DNA from: Thermoanaerobaculia bacterium
Lineage (GTDB): Bacteria > Acidobacteriota > Thermoanaerobaculia > UBA5066 > Gp7-AA6
Length of the DNA stretch: 64,000 nt
Reading direction: 5' to 3'
Assembly: GCA_036395755.1 (NCBI GenBank)
Contig: DASWCZ010000023.1
Location: 7,825-71,824 of the forward strand
Part shown: positions 57,001 through 64,000 of the stretch, one piece after another
Numbering within the stretch: position 1 is the stretch's first letter
Layout: every line of letters starts with the position of its first letter
The notes under the pieces: generated by a model
Seen by the model: the letters and a program-made list of their open reading frames with translations, nothing else
Told to the model about the DNA's origin: nothing
Database searches by the model: none
Made by a program: the position numbers and the translations under genes

Positions 57001-59006
57001 TGCGGACGCCGCTGAACAGCCTCCTGATCCTCTCCGACCAGCTTTCACGCAATCCCGACAGCAACCTGACGGGCAAGCAGACCGAGTTCGCGAAGACGAT
57101 CCATGCCTCCGGAAAGGACCTCCTGAACCTGATCACCGACATCCTCGATCTCTCGAAGATCGAGTCGGGCACGGTCGTCGTCGACGTCGGCGAGCTCCGT
57201 TTCCCCGACCTCGTCGACTACGTGGAGCGCACGTTCCGCCACGTCGCCGAGGTGAAGGCGCTCGACTTTGAGATCGAGATCGGTCCCGGAATCCCGCGGT
57301 CGATCTTCACCGATTCGAAGAGGCTCCAGCAGGTCATCAAGAACCTCCTCTCGAACGCGTTCAAGTTCACGGAGAGAGGCCGCGTCTTGCTCCGCCTCGA
57401 CACGGCCGCCGCCGGCTGGGGTCCGGAGATCGAGACCTTGAACCGCGCCCGATCCGTGATCGCGTTCTCGGTGACCGACACCGGCATCGGCATCCCCGCC
57501 GAGAAGCAGCAGATCATCTTCGAAGCGTTTCAGCAGGCGGACGGCTCGACGAGCCGCAAGTACGGCGGGACCGGGCTCGGTCTCGCGATCAGTCGCGAGA
57601 TCGCCCGGATCCTTGGCGGCGAGATCCGTCTGACGAGCGCGCCCCGCGAGGGGAGCACCTTCACGCTCTATCTCCCCCGGGTCTACGCCGTGCCCAGGAG
57701 TGCGCGCGCCGCCATGGAGACGGAAGAGATCGTGTCGGTCATGACGGATGTCGATGCGGTGCGTCCGGCGGTCGAGCCGATCGTCGAATCGGGCGAGGTC
57801 GCGGACGACCGCTCGGAGATCGGCGGGGAGGACCGGGTCGTCCTCCTGATCGACAACGACGAGAACTTCGCCCGATTCCTTCTCGACGTCGCGCACGAGC
57901 ACGGTTTCAAAGGCCTGATCGCCTCGAACGGCGCGGAAGGAATCGCCCTCGCGCACCAGTTCAAAGTCGACGCGATCACTCTCGACATCCAGCTCCCCGT
58001 CATCGACGGATGGCGGGTGCTCGAGCGGCTGAAGGGCGACTTCGCGACCCGGCACGTTCCCGTTTTCGTCATCACGACGGAAGAGGAAACCTCGCGCGGG
58101 CTCCTGCTCGGGGCCATGGGGGCGCTGAACAAGCCGATCAAGACGAAGGAGGCGCTCGACGAGGTCTTCGCCGGCCTGCGCGGTTTCCTCGACCGCCACA
58201 CGCGCGACCTCTTCGTCGTGGCGCGTGAAGGCTCCGAGACGTGCGCGATCGCCGAGGTCGCCGGCAATGGCTCCGTTCGAAGAGTGGTCGTGTCGAACGG
58301 TCTGGAAGGCTTGGGCGCGCTCGACGGGAGGACGTTCGACTGCGTTGTCATCGAACCGCTTCCCGGCGACGTGGAGAGCTTCGAAACGACCGCCGAGATC
58401 CTCCGGCAATGCTCGGCTCGCCGAACTCCGGCGATTCTCTACACTCCGCGGCCGCTCTCGGAACACACGGAGCGCGAGCTGCAGAGGATCTCGCACGGCG
58501 CGATCGTCAAAACCGTGCGCTCGCCCGAGCGTCTCCTCGACCAGATCTCGCTCTTCCTCCACTCCCCGGTCGCCGAGCTCCCGCTCGATAAGCGCAAGGC
58601 GCTCGAGGCGCTCTACTCCACCGATGCCGTCCTGGCGGGCAAGAAGGTTCTCTTGGTCGACGACGACATCCGGAACATCTTCGCGATGACGAGTGTGCTC
58701 GAGAGACAGAACATGCACGTGTTCTCGGCCGAGACCGGCAAGGAAGCCATCCAGAAGCTCGAAAGCACGGACGGTATCGACATCGTCCTGATGGATCTGA
58801 TGATGCCGGACATGGACGGCTTCGACACGATGCGGGAGATCCGGAAGAAGGAGCGCTTCCGCTCGCTGCCGATCATCGCGGTCACCGCGAAGGCGATGAA
58901 AGGGGACCGGGAGAAGACCTTGCAGGCCGGAGCGTGGGATTACCTCGCGAAGCCGGTCGACACCGACCAGATGCTCTCCGTGCTCCGGGCGTGGCTCTAT
59001 CGGTGA
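54060..59006 (+). CDS. Cytoplasmic hybrid sensor histidine kinase (1648 aa): seven 92-aa HAMP repeats, GAF, coiled coil, HisKA, HATPase_c, and two receiver domains flanking a third receiver-like, apparently degenerate, module
   Basis: There is no TM segment. It has seven GDL-containing HAMP repeats (residues about 120–765) and GAF ([17 protein letters not shown]). The kinase boxes are H-box [11 protein letters not shown] box [11 protein letters not shown]1 DTGIGIP and G2 [10 protein letters not shown]. Receiver 1 contains VLLIDND...[10 protein letters not shown]. The C-terminal receiver contains KVLLVDDD...[12 protein letters not shown]...LAKP. Confidence 0.85.
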   Translation: MKTNSVAGGAASRNNGPVRRHLLKKLKRAEVGGSLDRRQLLAALQGFKRGSFDVRLPEDWIGLDGKIADAFNDVVARNQRMSRELKRLRRVVGQEGRIAERADIGDVEGSWADSVHCVNALIGDLVHPTRETARVIGAVAKGDLSQTMALEVNGRALEGEFLRTAKTVNTMVNQLSSFASEVTRVAREVGTEGKLGGQAKVKGVAGTWKDLTENVNLMAGNLTAQVRNIAAVTTAVANGDLAKKITVDVKGEFLELKATINTMVDQLRSFAAEVTRVAREVGTEGKLGGQAKVEGVAGTWKDLTDNVNFMASNLTGQVRNIADVTKAVANGDLSTKVTVDVRGEILELKNTVNTMVDQLSSFAAEVTRVAREVGTEGKLGGQAEVEGVSGTWKDLTDSVNLMAGNLTAQVRNIAAVTTAVATGDLSKKITVDVKGEILELKDTINTMVDQLRSFASEVTRVAREVGTEGKLGGQARVEGVSGTWKDLTDNVNFMAGNLTSQVRNIADVTKAVANGDLSRKITVGVRGEILELKNTVNTMVDQLSSFAAEVTRVAREVGTEGKLGGQAKVKGVGGTWKDLTDNVNSMAGNLTSQVRGIAKVVTAVANGDLKRKLTLQAKGEIAALADTINGMIDTLATFADQVTTVAREVGVEGKLGGQASVPGAAGTWKDLTDNVNQLAANLTTQVRAIAEVATAVTKGDLTRSIKVEASGEVASLKDNINEMIRNLKDTTLKNSEQDWLKTNLAKFSRMLQGQRDLVTVGRLVLSELAPVVTAQQGVLYTLDGSREDPQLTLLASYACRESSLARTLLPGEGLVGECAREKNKILLRNVPAGYMGISSGLGAGSPANIIVLPVLFEGKVKGVLELASFERFSTAHQALLEQLAETIGIVLNTIEANTRTEDLLKQSQSLAGELQSQQEELRQTNQQLEEKAALLAERNVEVERKNQEVEQARVALEEKAKQLALTSKYKSEFLANMSHELRTPLNSLLILSDQLSRNPDSNLTGKQTEFAKTIHASGKDLLNLITDILDLSKIESGTVVVDVGELRFPDLVDYVERTFRHVAEVKALDFEIEIGPGIPRSIFTDSKRLQQVIKNLLSNAFKFTERGRVLLRLDTAAAGWGPEIETLNRARSVIAFSVTDTGIGIPAEKQQIIFEAFQQADGSTSRKYGGTGLGLAISREIARILGGEIRLTSAPREGSTFTLYLPRVYAVPRSARAAMETEEIVSVMTDVDAVRPAVEPIVESGEVADDRSEIGGEDRVVLLIDNDENFARFLLDVAHEHGFKGLIASNGAEGIALAHQFKVDAITLDIQLPVIDGWRVLERLKGDFATRHVPVFVITTEEETSRGLLLGAMGALNKPIKTKEALDEVFAGLRGFLDRHTRDLFVVAREGSETCAIAEVAGNGSVRRVVVSNGLEGLGALDGRTFDCVVIEPLPGDVESFETTAEILRQCSARRTPAILYTPRPLSEHTERELQRISHGAIVKTVRSPERLLDQISLFLHSPVAELPLDKRKALEALYSTDAVLAGKKVLLVDDDIRNIFAMTSVLERQNMHVFSAETGKEAIQKLESTDGIDIVLMDLMMPDMDGFDTMREIRKKERFRSLPIIAVTAKAMKGDREKTLQAGAWDYLAKPVDTDQMLSVLRAWLYR
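54420..56290 (+). repeat. 276-bp tandem DNA repeat array (about 6.8 units) encoding the poly-HAMP module
   Basis: Near-identical blocks recur with a 276-nt period. For example, CTTTCGTCGTTTGCCGCCGAAGTCACGCGCGTCGC occurs at about 55135 and 55687. The consensus unit is [92 protein letters not shown]. Minus-strand ORFs at 54293–55960 are repeat artefacts. Confidence 0.8.
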
Positions 59007-61546
59007 TGACCGCTCCCGACGACCCGGTCAACATCCTGGCGGTCGACGACAGCGCCGACAAGTTGCTGGCGCTGTCGGCCCTCCTCTCCGAACTGGGCCA
59101 GAACGTGATCACGGCCACGTCCGGCCGGGAAGCCCTCCGCCACCTCCTCCGCCAGGAGTTCGCGGTGGTTCTCCTCGACGTCAACATGCCCGGAATGGAC
59201 GGCTTCGAGACCGCCGCGCTGATGCGGCAGAGGCAGAAGTCCGAGCACACTCCGATCATCTTCATCACCGCGTACGGCGATGAAACCCACGCGACGCGGG
59301 GCTATTCACTCGGGGCGGTGGACTACATCCTGGCCCCCGTCGAGCCGGAGGTGTTGCGCACGAAGGTCGGAGTCTTCGTGGAGCTCTTCCGGAAGACGGC
59401 CCAGATCCGACGCCAGGCCGAGTCTCTCGAGCAGAGGGCGCGGCAGCTCCAGCGGTTGACCGAGGCCTCACTCGCGATCAACTCCGCTCTGTCCCCCGAC
59501 CGGATGCTGCAGGTCGTCGCCGACCTGGCCCGGGACATCCTCGGCGCCCACCAGGCAGTCGCGCTCGCCGCCGCGGAACAGAAGTGGTCGGAGGTCAAGA
59601 GTGCGGTGTCTCTGTCGCCGACCTGCGCCTCGGATGGAGAGCGGCGGGTGCTGCGCGATCGGGACGCGCTCGTTTCGCTGCTCTCGTGGATGAGTCGCGC
59701 GGTCCGTCTCCCGCGCCGGCAGACCGAGCGGCCGTCGGAGTGGTCCCAGTTTTTCGACGGCGGTCTGCCGGTGGAGGTCGGCTGGCTCGCCGCGCCGCTG
59801 ACGGGCCGGGACGGCCGGAACATGGGCCTGCTGCACCTCCTCGAAAAGCTGGACGGCGACTTCACCGAGGAGGACGAGGCCGTCGTCACGCAGCTCGCCC
59901 AGATGAGCTCGATCGCAATCGAGAACACGTTGAACGCCGAGGCTCGAGAGGCCAACCGGATCAAAGACGAATTTCTGACGACGCTCTCCCACGAGCTTCG
60001 GACGCCGCTGACCGCGATACTCGGCTGGGCCCGCGCCTTGCGGTCCGGAGTTTCCGACGGCCCGCGGACGGCGCGGGGCCTCGAGGTCATCGAGCGCAAC
60101 GTGCTCGCGCAGGCGAAACTGATCGACGACCTCCTGGACGTTTCACGGATCATCACCGGAAAGCTCCGGCTCGCGCTCCGCGCGACCAACCTCGCCTCCG
60201 TCATCGAGGCGGCGCTCGACTCCATGAGGCCAGCCGCCGAGGCAAAGGGAATCGAGATCCTGTTTCAACGGGACGCGACGGCCGGCGATTACGAGCTGAT
60301 CGCGGACCCCGACCGGCTCCAACAGGTCGTCTGGAACCTGATCTCCAACGCGATCAAGTTCACACCGCCGCGCGGAAGGGTCGAAGTGAATCTGACCCGG
60401 CCCGATTCGCAGTTCGAGATCCGGGTGACGGACACCGGGAAAGGGATCCCCGCCGAATTCTTGCCCTCGGTTTTCGACCGCTTTCAACAGGCCGACAGCT
60501 CGACGACCCGCGCGCACGGCGGTCTCGGCATCGGTCTCGCCATCGTGCGGCATTTAGTCGAGCTCCACGGCGGTTCGGTCGCAGCGTCGAGCGACGGAGA
60601 CGGTCGGGGAGCCTCCTTCTGCGTCCGGCTGCCCGCCGTCGCGCTCGGCGTCACGGCACTCGACCGGGAGCGGGCTTCATCCGGGGCGAGGCCGTTTGCT
60701 CCCGCCCCCGCCGACCGGGACCTGACCGGCGTGCGCGTGCTCTTGGTCGAGGACGAGCCGGACGGGAGGGAGCTGCTCGCCGAAATCCTGAGAAGCGCAG
60801 GGGGAGAAATCCACGCCGTCGGCTCCGCGGGCGAGGCCTACGAGGCCGTGCGGAGCTTTCGGCCGCACGTGCTCGTGAGCGACATCGCGATGGCGCGGGA
60901 GGACGGCTACTCGCTCATCCGCCGCCTGCGGCGGCTTCCTGCCGAAGACGGCGGCCGCATTCCCGCGGTGGCGCTCTCAGCATACGCGCGCGAGGACGAT
61001 CGGATCCGCTCGCTCGCGGCCGGATTTCAGCAGCACATCGCGAAGCCGCTCGATCCGGAGGAGCTCGTCGGCGCGGTGAACCGGCTCGCTTCCCGAGGAA
61101 ACCCGGGGCGTGATCCTGCCCCCCTCCCGGCGCCGGCATCCCGGGTCCTCGTCGTGGAAGACGACAGCGACTCGCGCGAAGGCCTGCGGCATCTGCTCGA
61201 GATCTGGGGGCACGACGTCGAAGTCGCGGAGAACGGCAAAACGGGCATCGAGAAGGCGATCGAGCGACGCCCGGACATCGCTCTGATCGACGTGGGACTC
61301 CCCGAGATGGACGGCTACGCGGTCGCCTCCCGGCTCCGCGAGGCCCTCGGCGACGGCGGGATCTTCCTGATCGCCCTGACGGGTTACGCCGAGCCGGAAG
61401 ACCGGCGTCGGGCTTTCGAGTCCGGCTTCCACGCACACCTGGCCAAGCCGATCAACTATTCACGTCTCTCGTCCCTCCTCTCCGAGGGACAGGGGCGCCG
61501 CTCGGCCGCGGCCGGCCGCGACGCCGAGCGAAACACCGCGGGATAG
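59006..61546 (+). CDS. Hybrid histidine kinase: N-terminal receiver, GAF, HisKA, HATPase_c, and two C-terminal receiver domains
   Basis: The ATG at 59006 shares one nucleotide with the upstream stop (TGATG). Receiver 1 contains ILAVDDSADK...LLDVNMPGMDGF. The H-box is [14 protein letters not shown], followed by NLISNAIKFT, DTGKGIP and GGLGIGLAIV. Receiver 2 contains VLLVEDEPD and receiver 3 contains VLVVEDDSD...IDVGLPEMDGY. Confidence 0.85.
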   Translation: MTAPDDPVNILAVDDSADKLLALSALLSELGQNVITATSGREALRHLLRQEFAVVLLDVNMPGMDGFETAALMRQRQKSEHTPIIFITAYGDETHATRGYSLGAVDYILAPVEPEVLRTKVGVFVELFRKTAQIRRQAESLEQRARQLQRLTEASLAINSALSPDRMLQVVADLARDILGAHQAVALAAAEQKWSEVKSAVSLSPTCASDGERRVLRDRDALVSLLSWMSRAVRLPRRQTERPSEWSQFFDGGLPVEVGWLAAPLTGRDGRNMGLLHLLEKLDGDFTEEDEAVVTQLAQMSSIAIENTLNAEAREANRIKDEFLTTLSHELRTPLTAILGWARALRSGVSDGPRTARGLEVIERNVLAQAKLIDDLLDVSRIITGKLRLALRATNLASVIEAALDSMRPAAEAKGIEILFQRDATAGDYELIADPDRLQQVVWNLISNAIKFTPPRGRVEVNLTRPDSQFEIRVTDTGKGIPAEFLPSVFDRFQQADSSTTRAHGGLGIGLAIVRHLVELHGGSVAASSDGDGRGASFCVRLPAVALGVTALDRERASSGARPFAPAPADRDLTGVRVLLVEDEPDGRELLAEILRSAGGEIHAVGSAGEAYEAVRSFRPHVLVSDIAMAREDGYSLIRRLRRLPAEDGGRIPAVALSAYAREDDRIRSLAAGFQQHIAKPLDPEELVGAVNRLASRGNPGRDPAPLPAPASRVLVVEDDSDSREGLRHLLEIWGHDVEVAENGKTGIEKAIERRPDIALIDVGLPEMDGYAVASRLREALGDGGIFLIALTGYAEPEDRRRAFESGFHAHLAKPINYSRLSSLLSEGQGRRSAAAGRDAERNTAG

Positions 61547-61547
61547 G

Positions 61548-61958
61548 CTACGGTATGGCGGGCGGGGTCACCGCGGGCGTCGGACTCGCCGGATGCGTCT
61601 TCTCGTGCAGCTGGAGACGCGCGAGCAGCCAGTCTCGAAGCGGCTCTCGATGTCCTTCGCGCGTGCGAACTTCATAGAGCTTGCCGCTCTCCTCCGACTT
61701 CGAAGCCACTCCCAGAACGAATTCCATCGCGGTCTGGACTCGCTTCCCGGCAAAGCGCAACTTCATGGAGAGGTGCGAGGCGGCCCGCTTACCCGAGTAT
61801 TCGGCGCCATTTCGGATGAAGACTTCGTCGGACTTCTTCACCTCTCCGATCAAGAAATCGATCTTTGTTTGCTCCTCGGGCGGACGGACGGCGGCGGCAA
61901 GCGCCGGATGCGCCAGAGCGAGAGCGAGGAGAGGCACGGCAGCCGGTTTACGAACCAC
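61548..61958 (-). CDS. Hypothetical secreted/periplasmic protein
   Basis: Signal peptide MVRKPAAVPLLALALAHPALAAAV. The mature part contains KIDFLIGEVKKSDEVFIRNGAEYSGKRAASHLSMKLRF. It is convergent with the second kinase, with stops 2 nt apart. It is downstream of, and overlapping, the orphan receiver gene. Confidence 0.45.
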   Translation of the reverse strand: MVRKPAAVPLLALALAHPALAAAVRPPEEQTKIDFLIGEVKKSDEVFIRNGAEYSGKRAASHLSMKLRFAGKRVQTAMEFVLGVASKSEESGKLYEVRTREGHREPLRDWLLARLQLHEKTHPASPTPAVTPPAIP

Positions 61959-62313
61959 AGTAATCCTTGACCAGCTCGAGAAGCGCGTCCGGACGGATCG
62001 GTTTTTTCAGGTAATCGGCGTGGAGGGTCCTCGCCTTCTCGATCGCGCGTCCGTCCGCGCTCATGATCACGACCGGGATCGACGAGAGGTCCGGATCGCG
62101 AAGCTGCTCGGTTCGGAACTCCCAGCCGTTCATGATCGGCATCATGAGGTCGAGCAGGATCACGCAGGGCCTCTCGGTGCGGGCGCGCTCGAGCGCGACC
62201 TCACCGTTCTCGGCCGGCCAGGACGTAAATCCGGCTTCCGTGAGGACTGCGCAGATGCTCTCTCGCAGATTCATGTCGTCTTCGACTACGAGGACTCGCG
62301 GAGTGATTCCCAT
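61948..62313 (-). CDS. Stand-alone response-regulator receiver domain protein
   Basis: The 121-aa protein has VLVVEDD...ILLDLMMPIMNGWEF...VVIMSADG...LKKP. It is a CheY-like single-domain receiver. Confidence 0.8.
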   Translation of the reverse strand: MGITPRVLVVEDDMNLRESICAVLTEAGFTSWPAENGEVALERARTERPCVILLDLMMPIMNGWEFRTEQLRDPDLSSIPVVIMSADGRAIEKARTLHADYLKKPIRPDALLELVKDYCGS

Positions 62314-62376
62314 GCGGAAAACCGCCGTTTTTGCAAGAACTGTGCAAACCTGCGATCCGGGCGCACGAAGGCGCCG

Positions 62377-62805
62377 TCAAAGGGCGGCCGACGTCGCCTC
62401 CCGGGAATCGAGATGGTCGCGATCGGAGCAGTAATGGGCGACGGTCTCCAGAAGCTGATGGAGCTTCACCGGCTTGCGGAGATAGGAGGCGAGGGCGAGA
62501 CGCCGGGCCTCGCGCTGCCCTTCCGAGAGGCCGGTGAAACCCACGACCGGAATGTCCGCGAGCCGCGAATCGGCCAACTGGAGCCGCCGGAACTCCGCTC
62601 CGTCCATCCCCGGCATTTTCAGGTCGAGAATGATGAGACAGGGACTCTCGCCGGCTCGAAGGAGTTCGAACGCGTGCTCCCCGTCCCGCGCAGTCAACGC
62701 GCGATAGCCCTCTTCCTCGATCACGTCGCGGAGAACCGCGAGGAGCTCGCCGTCGTCGTCGACGACGAGAACCGTTTTCCTCGGCTCGATTGTCACGGAG
62801 GACAC
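62377..62805 (-). CDS. Stand-alone response-regulator receiver domain protein
   Basis: It has TVLVVDDDGELL...IILDLKMPGMDGAEF...VVGFTG...LRKP. The tracked GTG start at 62865 lies only 25 nt from the tRNA-Lys 3' end. I prefer an internal GTG near 62805 or 62796. The start is uncertain. Confidence 0.7.
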   Translation of the reverse strand: MSSVTIEPRKTVLVVDDDGELLAVLRDVIEEEGYRALTARDGEHAFELLRAGESPCLIILDLKMPGMDGAEFRRLQLADSRLADIPVVGFTGLSEGQREARRLALASYLRKPVKLHQLLETVAHYCSDRDHLDSREATSAAL

Positions 62806-62890
62806 TCTCTGAATTGTATCTCTGAGAAGGTCGAGGTCGCGGGGACAGGTCCTGCGGACCTGCACCCGCCACCGAATTACGGGGATGGAT

Positions 62891-62966
62891 TGGTGAGCCG
62901 CGAAGGACTCGAACCTTCAACCTAGAGATTAAGAGTCTCTTGCTCTACCAATTGAGCTAGCGGCCC
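62891..62966 (-). tRNA. tRNA-Lys, anticodon CTT
   Basis: The reverse complement is GGGCCGCTAGCTCAATTGGTAGAGCAAGAGACTCTTAATCTCTAGGTTGAAGGTTCGAGTCCTTCGCGGCTCACCA. It folds as a cloverleaf with acceptor GGGCCGC/GCGGCTC and anticodon loop CTCTTAA (CUU). The T-arm is GAAGG-TTCGAGT-CCTTC, and CCA is encoded. Confidence 0.85.
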
Positions 62967-63036
62967 ACCGGGAAGGCGGAGGATAGACGATCGGTCCGGT
63001 CGCGGCAAGGGTGGCGCGGCGCAAGACGAGGACCGA

Positions 63037-63258
63037 TCAGCCTCCGCCGACGAACTCGACGACCTCGAGCTCGTCGCCCTCTTCGAGCTCCGTCGCCTCG
63101 TATTTTGCTTTCGGAAGGATCTCGCGGTTGCGCTCGACCGCGACGCGCGGCGTCGCGACTCCGAGTTGCGCGAGGAGCTCCGGGATCCTCGTTCCGGCGG
63201 GAAAGAGGCGTTCTTCGCCGTTGACGCGAATACGCACTTCGGCGCGCGCGATGCTCAT
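63037..63258 (-). CDS. thiS: ThiS/MoaD-family sulfur-carrier protein (beta-grasp fold, C-terminal GG)
   Basis: The 73-aa protein is [34 protein letters not shown]...[11 protein letters not shown]. Its ATG overlaps the upstream stop (ATGA). Confidence 0.6.
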   Translation of the reverse strand: MSIARAEVRIRVNGEERLFPAGTRIPELLAQLGVATPRVAVERNREILPKAKYEATELEEGDELEVVEFVGGG

Positions 63259-64000
63259 GCGCCCTTCCGCACGGGATACTGGATCTCCGTCGACCCCACC
63301 GTCGACGTGAGACGCACCACCGCGGCCGCGGCTCCCGAGGAAACGGCCGGCATCAGAAAGTTGACTGCGCAGCCGCCGTCGGGGCCGGTGCGCCCCTGAA
63401 ACACGGGCATCGGCTTCGCGGAAGAGAGGATCCGGATCTGCACGGAGGCGCCGGCGACCGGGCGCCGCGAGAGCGTGAGCTCCGCGCGGAGACGAACGTC
63501 GACCCGGCGCCCGGAGACGAACTCGGGCGCCGGAGAGAAGGTCAGATCGATCTGTTCCGGGCTCCCTTCGGAAGCGAGGTAATCGAGGATGACCTGGTCG
63601 AGCGTGCGATCGCCCGAGACACGGAGCGAGTCGGACGGCCGCGCCGGCGAAGGACGCTCGACCGCACTCTCCCTCAATTCGGCCACCGGCAGCTTTTCGG
63701 CGGGGCGGACGCCGGAAAGCGCCATTTCTTCCGGGACCCGGACCGATCCGTCCGGTCCATCGAAGGTTCCCTCGCGAACGGCCGCGATCACGGTTCGGTG
63801 CTGCAGTTCCATGATTTCCCGAAGGGCGCGCTCGTCGCCGCCGTCGCGCAGCGCGTCGGCATAGCGGGTGCGCTTTCCACCCAGGATCTCGCCGCCGAAG
63901 TAGACGAAGGACTCGATGTACGGGTGCAGTTCCCCGCGATCCTCGGTCTGGATGTGGAACACCCGGTCGCGGTGCTTGACGTCCGTGTTGTAGCCGGTGA
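63255..64000 (-). CDS. Hypothetical protein, partial (the N-terminus is probably beyond the window end)
   Basis: The tracked ORF begins at an internal GTG ([24 protein letters not shown]...). The same frame stays open to the window edge (...[12 protein letters not shown]). No domain was recognised. It is translationally coupled to thiS. Confidence 0.35.
   Translation of the reverse strand, partial: TGYNTDVKHRDRVFHIQTEDRGELHPYIESFVYFGGEILGGKRTRYADALRDGGDERALREIMELQHRTVIAAVREGTFDGPDGSVRVPEEMALSGVRPAEKLPVAELRESAVERPSPARPSDSLRVSGDRTLDQVILDYLASEGSPEQIDLTFSPAPEFVSGRRVDVRLRAELTLSRRPVAGASVQIRILSSAKPMPVFQGRTGPDGGCAVNFLMPAVSSGAAAAVVRLTSTVGSTEIQYPVRKGA

Overview
This 64-kb window is from a high-GC (about 68–70 %) bacterial chromosome. 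The CarboxypepD_reg-type TonB-dependent receptor, the KGG and lmo0937 stress genes and the codon usage suggest Acidobacteriota-like soil bacteria; that assignment is inference. Gene density is very high. Most long ORFs antisense to the real genes are GC-driven artefacts. The ORF track treats GTG and TTG as 'M', and several tracked ORFs carry spurious N-terminal extensions that I trimmed.

Layout:
1. 1–9.3 kb: housekeeping genes on the minus strand. These are a partial GT39 (ArnT/PMT-like) glycosyltransferase translationally coupled to mqnA, then rho and the tig-clpP-clpX-lon operon. A REP-like palindrome cluster sits between rho and mqnA.
2. 9.4–13.5 kb: a secreted subtilisin, then a tandem segmental duplication that produced two PilZ genes plus a decayed 5' fragment of the subtilisin gene. 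This is followed by tRNA-Leu(TAG) and a PQQ-type beta-propeller gene interrupted by an in-frame TGA.
3. 13.7–39.5 kb: the most striking region. A roughly 23-kb co-directional, tightly packed array is headed by a TonB-dependent receptor. It encodes five secreted BNR/Asp-box (sialidase-fold) paralogs alternating with three TolB-propeller S9 peptidases and an 1123-aa TPPII-like S8 peptidase. A 43-aa BNR remnant is fused in between. The array is flanked by a sulfatase-TPR fusion and a divergent GntR/FadR-type regulator. I regard it as a candidate uncharacterised PUL-like glycoprotein or glycan degradation system.
4. 40–53.9 kb: a Ser/Thr kinase with TPR repeats, then a stress and metal island. It holds a FET4-like iron permease, bacterial topoisomerase IB, a KGG protein, two SmtA-like metallothioneins, Ku without LigD, a disulfide reductase, a DUF3131-like hydrolase, an lmo0937-family micro-protein, and a DUF1326 plus membrane-protein pair.
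5. 54–63 kb: a phosphorelay cluster. It contains a 1648-aa cytoplasmic hybrid histidine kinase with seven 92-aa poly-HAMP repeats (276-bp DNA tandem repeat), a second hybrid kinase overlapping it by 1 nt, two orphan receivers and tRNA-Lys(CTT).
6. 63–64 kb: thiS and a partial gene at the window edge.

No CRISPR arrays, transposases or integrases were seen.
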